From Pseudomonadota bacterium (GTDB lineage: Bacteria > Pseudomonadota > Alphaproteobacteria > JBCCHK01), in NCBI GenBank assembly GCA_039028835.1, contig JBCCHK010000001.1, forward strand, positions 65,636 to 129,635: a DNA stretch of 64,000 nt. Reading direction: 5' to 3'. Made by a program: the position numbers and the translations under genes. Position 1 is the first letter of the stretch, and every line of letters starts with the position of its first letter. A model generated the notes under the pieces. It was not told where the DNA came from. It did no database searches and worked only from the letters and a program-made list of their open reading frames with translations. Shown piece by piece: positions 61,388 to 64,000 of the stretch.

Positions 61388-64000
61388 ATGACTTTTATTG
61401 ATCGAGTGATGTCACGAACCCGCCTGGTTTTGTTTTCTTTGGTGTTTATTTTGCTGATCGGAATCATCGTCCTTAATCGCATTCCCAAAGAGGCAACGCC
61501 AGACGTGTCGATCCCGATCGTCTATGTCTCTCTTTCGCTGGCCGGAATCTCGCCCTCGGATGCCGAGCGGTTGCTCGTACGGCCCGTAGAAAATGCGCTT
61601 AAAACCATCGAAGGCGTAGAGGAAATGTCCGCATCAGCCTATCGTGGCGGCGGCTTTGTGCTGTTGACCTTTGATGCAGGCTTTGATGCGGATTTAGCGA
61701 TGACCGATGTGCGCGAGGAAATCGATAAAGTCCAATCTGATTTACCCGCTGATGCGGATGAACCGACGGTCAACGAGGTCAATCTCAGCTTAGAGCCGAT
61801 CATTTCTGTTTCCCTATCAGGTCGGGTGCCCGAGCGCATCCTGACCAAAGCGGCGTTGGATCTTAAAGATGCCATCGAAGTCATCCCCGAAGTGCTGGAG
61901 GCTGATATCAGCGGTAGCCGCGATGAGCGGGTGGAGATCATCATCAGTCCCGAAGTGATCGAGAGCTATAATATTAGCGTTCAAGCTCTATCATCGTTCT
62001 TCCGCAACTCTAACCGTTTAGTGGCGGCAGGAAATCTTGATACCGGGGAGGGGGCATTTTCGGTCTCCGTGCCGGGACTTTTCGCGCAAACCGATGATCT
62101 GGGGAGGTTGCCGGTCGTCGGGCAAGGTGATGCGGTCTCCCAGCTCGATGACGTGGCCACGGTGCTCGATACCTTTGCGGATAGAAAATCCTACGCCCGG
62201 GTGGATGGCCTTTCATCGATCACTTTATCGATTTCCAAACGAACGGGCACCAACATCATCGATACCATCGTCAAAGTCCGTGAGGTGGTCGCCAGCATGG
62301 ATTTTCCTGAAGGGGTAGAGATCACAATCGGGCAAGACCGATCCGAAGACATTAAACAGATGATCGGGGACCTGCGCAATAATGTCATTAGCGCGGTGTT
62401 ACTTGTGATGATCGTCGTCATTGCCACCTTGGGGGTGCGTTCGGGCTTGCTTGTTGGCGTGGCTATTCCCGGCTCATTCCTTACCGGCATCATGGTGATC
62501 TATGCCATGGGATTGACGATGAACATGGTTGTCCTTTTTGCTTTGATTTTGGCCGTGGGTCTGCTTGTAGATGGTGCGATTGTGGTGGTGGAATACTCCG
62601 AGCGTGAGATGCGCGAGGGGCAGAACCCAACCCAGGCCTTTTCCCTTGCCGCCCGACGTATGGCATGGCCGATTATTGCCTCAACCCTCACGACCTTGGC
62701 CGCCTTTGCGCCGTTGTTGTTCTGGCCCCGAGTCGTTGGCCAGTTCATGCGCTACCTGCCGTTGACCTTGATTGCAACCTTAGCCGCCTCTTTGGTGATG
62801 GCATTGATTTTCGTACCCACGTTGGGCGCCTTTCTTGCACGTTGGCAGAAAAGCAAACCTAAAAAGAAAGATACGCAACCGGGATTCTATACGCAGGCCT
62901 ATTTAAGGTTTCTGCGCGGTGCCTTTAAGCAACCAGGCGGGATCATGTTTGCGGCCTTTTCGATCTTCGTTTTCGTTGTCATAGGCTACGGAAAGCTTAA
63001 TCACGGTGTGCTCTTTTTCCCCAATACGGATCCCGAGTCGGCAACGGTTCTTGTCCATTCACGCGGCAATCTCTCTGTCGCAGAAAACGACCAGATCATG
63101 CGCCAGGTGGAGCAAAACATTGCTCCTTTTGAGGAGTATTTTGATGCGGTCTATACCAAGACCGAACAAACAAGCCGCGGCGGTGATGTCGGTGAGGATG
63201 TGATCGGTAACGTCTTTTTAGACTTTCGCGATTGGCAAGAACGCCCCCCAGGACGAAATATTATTAACGAGGTCCGCCATGCGATTGAAGACATTCCCGG
63301 CATTTTGACCGAAGTGCGGGAGACCCAAGGGGGGCCGCCAACCGGCAAGCCAATTCAAGTGCGCCTGGGCTCTCGAAACCCAGAACTCTTGCCTGGCGCA
63401 GTCGATCAAGTGCGCACGTTCTTAGAGCAGATTCCTGGTATTGTCGATATTGAAGACAATCGCCCCCCTCCTGCGATTGAATGGGAAATCGAAGTAGATC
63501 GTGCCCAGGCCTACAAGTACGGCGTGGATATCGGCGCAATTGGTGACAGCGTCAAGCTGGTAACCGATGGCTTAAAACTTTCCTCCTACCGGCCCGATAA
63601 CACGATCGATGAGGTCGATATTGTAGCGCGCTACCCGCACGAATTACGCAGTTTTCAAAACCTAGAAAACATTCGAGTGGTTACAAGCCAGGGCTCCGTG
63701 CCCATTACCAACTTTGTTCAATTGGTTGCTAAACAGCGTGAGGGGACCCTCACCCGGCTCGATGCCATTCGCACCATGACCGTAAAGGCAGACTTAGAGC
63801 CGGGATTGCTGGCCAATGATAAGATGACCGAACTCCAAGCATGGCTTGCGACGGGTGTCTTGCATGAGGATATCGTCATTAGCTTTACGGGTGATGATAA
63901 GGAACAAGCCGCTGCGCAGGAGTTTTTGGGTGGTATTGCCTTTCCAATCGCAATTTTCATGATGTTTGTCGTGCTGTTAATGCAGTTCAATAGTTTCTAT
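61388..64000 (+). CDS. RND efflux permease (AcrB/HAE1 family), 3' end beyond window; absent from ORF track because no in-window stop
   Basis: Open frame from ATG 61388 to window end: MTFIDRVMSRTRLVLFSLVFILLIGII...; typical AcrB TM1/porter-domain start. Confidence 0.9.
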   Translation, partial: MTFIDRVMSRTRLVLFSLVFILLIGIIVLNRIPKEATPDVSIPIVYVSLSLAGISPSDAERLLVRPVENALKTIEGVEEMSASAYRGGGFVLLTFDAGFDADLAMTDVREEIDKVQSDLPADADEPTVNEVNLSLEPIISVSLSGRVPERILTKAALDLKDAIEVIPEVLEADISGSRDERVEIIISPEVIESYNISVQALSSFFRNSNRLVAAGNLDTGEGAFSVSVPGLFAQTDDLGRLPVVGQGDAVSQLDDVATVLDTFADRKSYARVDGLSSITLSISKRTGTNIIDTIVKVREVVASMDFPEGVEITIGQDRSEDIKQMIGDLRNNVISAVLLVMIVVIATLGVRSGLLVGVAIPGSFLTGIMVIYAMGLTMNMVVLFALILAVGLLVDGAIVVVEYSEREMREGQNPTQAFSLAARRMAWPIIASTLTTLAAFAPLLFWPRVVGQFMRYLPLTLIATLAASLVMALIFVPTLGAFLARWQKSKPKKKDTQPGFYTQAYLRFLRGAFKQPGGIMFAAFSIFVFVVIGYGKLNHGVLFFPNTDPESATVLVHSRGNLSVAENDQIMRQVEQNIAPFEEYFDAVYTKTEQTSRGGDVGEDVIGNVFLDFRDWQERPPGRNIINEVRHAIEDIPGILTEVRETQGGPPTGKPIQVRLGSRNPELLPGAVDQVRTFLEQIPGIVDIEDNRPPPAIEWEIEVDRAQAYKYGVDIGAIGDSVKLVTDGLKLSSYRPDNTIDEVDIVARYPHELRSFQNLENIRVVTSQGSVPITNFVQLVAKQREGTLTRLDAIRTMTVKADLEPGLLANDKMTELQAWLATGVLHEDIVISFTGDDKEQAAAQEFLGGIAFPIAIFMMFVVLLMQFNSFY

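Overview
This window is a high-GC (about 58-62%) alphaproteobacterial chromosomal segment, almost entirely core housekeeping genes in conserved neighbourhoods. The first 13 kb is a minus-strand block: tsaE (partial), tolB-tolA-tolR-tolQ-ybgC, ruvB-ruvA-ruvC, yebC, thiL-nusB-ribH-ribE-ribD-nrdR-glyA. Next come rpsT, a DMT transporter, a truncated PPDK-like enzyme, maf-aroE-coaE-dnaQ-hemW, the cell-cycle operon divK-pleD, a DUF815 ATPase, deoA, apbC/mrp, hflK-hflC-degP, and a low-GC SPFH/NfeD pair. Then follow a split transketolase with an HIBADH-like dehydrogenase, LysR and a TRAP transporter, then tRNA-Ala, an SDR, and a large subtilase (S8) autotransporter bracketed by copies of a short repeat family. 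After a 1.1-kb noncoding gap come leuA, an orphan mreB, a 2-hydroxyacid dehydrogenase, tRNA-Leu, a CFA-synthase/DUF1365/amine-oxidase lipid-modification cluster (furan or cyclopropane fatty-acid type) with chalcone-isomerase-like, MFS, DUF3833 and SDR genes, an OmpR-type two-component system, xseB, fabD-fabG, and an RND efflux pump (MFP plus partial permease). I found no CRISPR array, IS element, integrase or phage genes. The main non-routine observations are (a) a roughly 60-110 nt repeat family present twice in tandem upstream and once downstream of the autotransporter, 0.9 kb from tRNA-Ala; (b) a cleanly truncated PPDK-like protein that keeps the nucleotide-binding and phospho-His domains but lacks the PEP/pyruvate TIM barrel; (c) a putative furan-fatty-acid-type locus next to tRNA-Leu, with the DUF1365 ORF reading into the tRNA; (d) AT-rich islands and lower-GC modules in an otherwise GC-rich background; (e) several in-frame micro-tandem duplications inside conserved genes. 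I see no clear signature of a classical defense system; all functional calls are from motif recognition by eye and should be confirmed by database searches.
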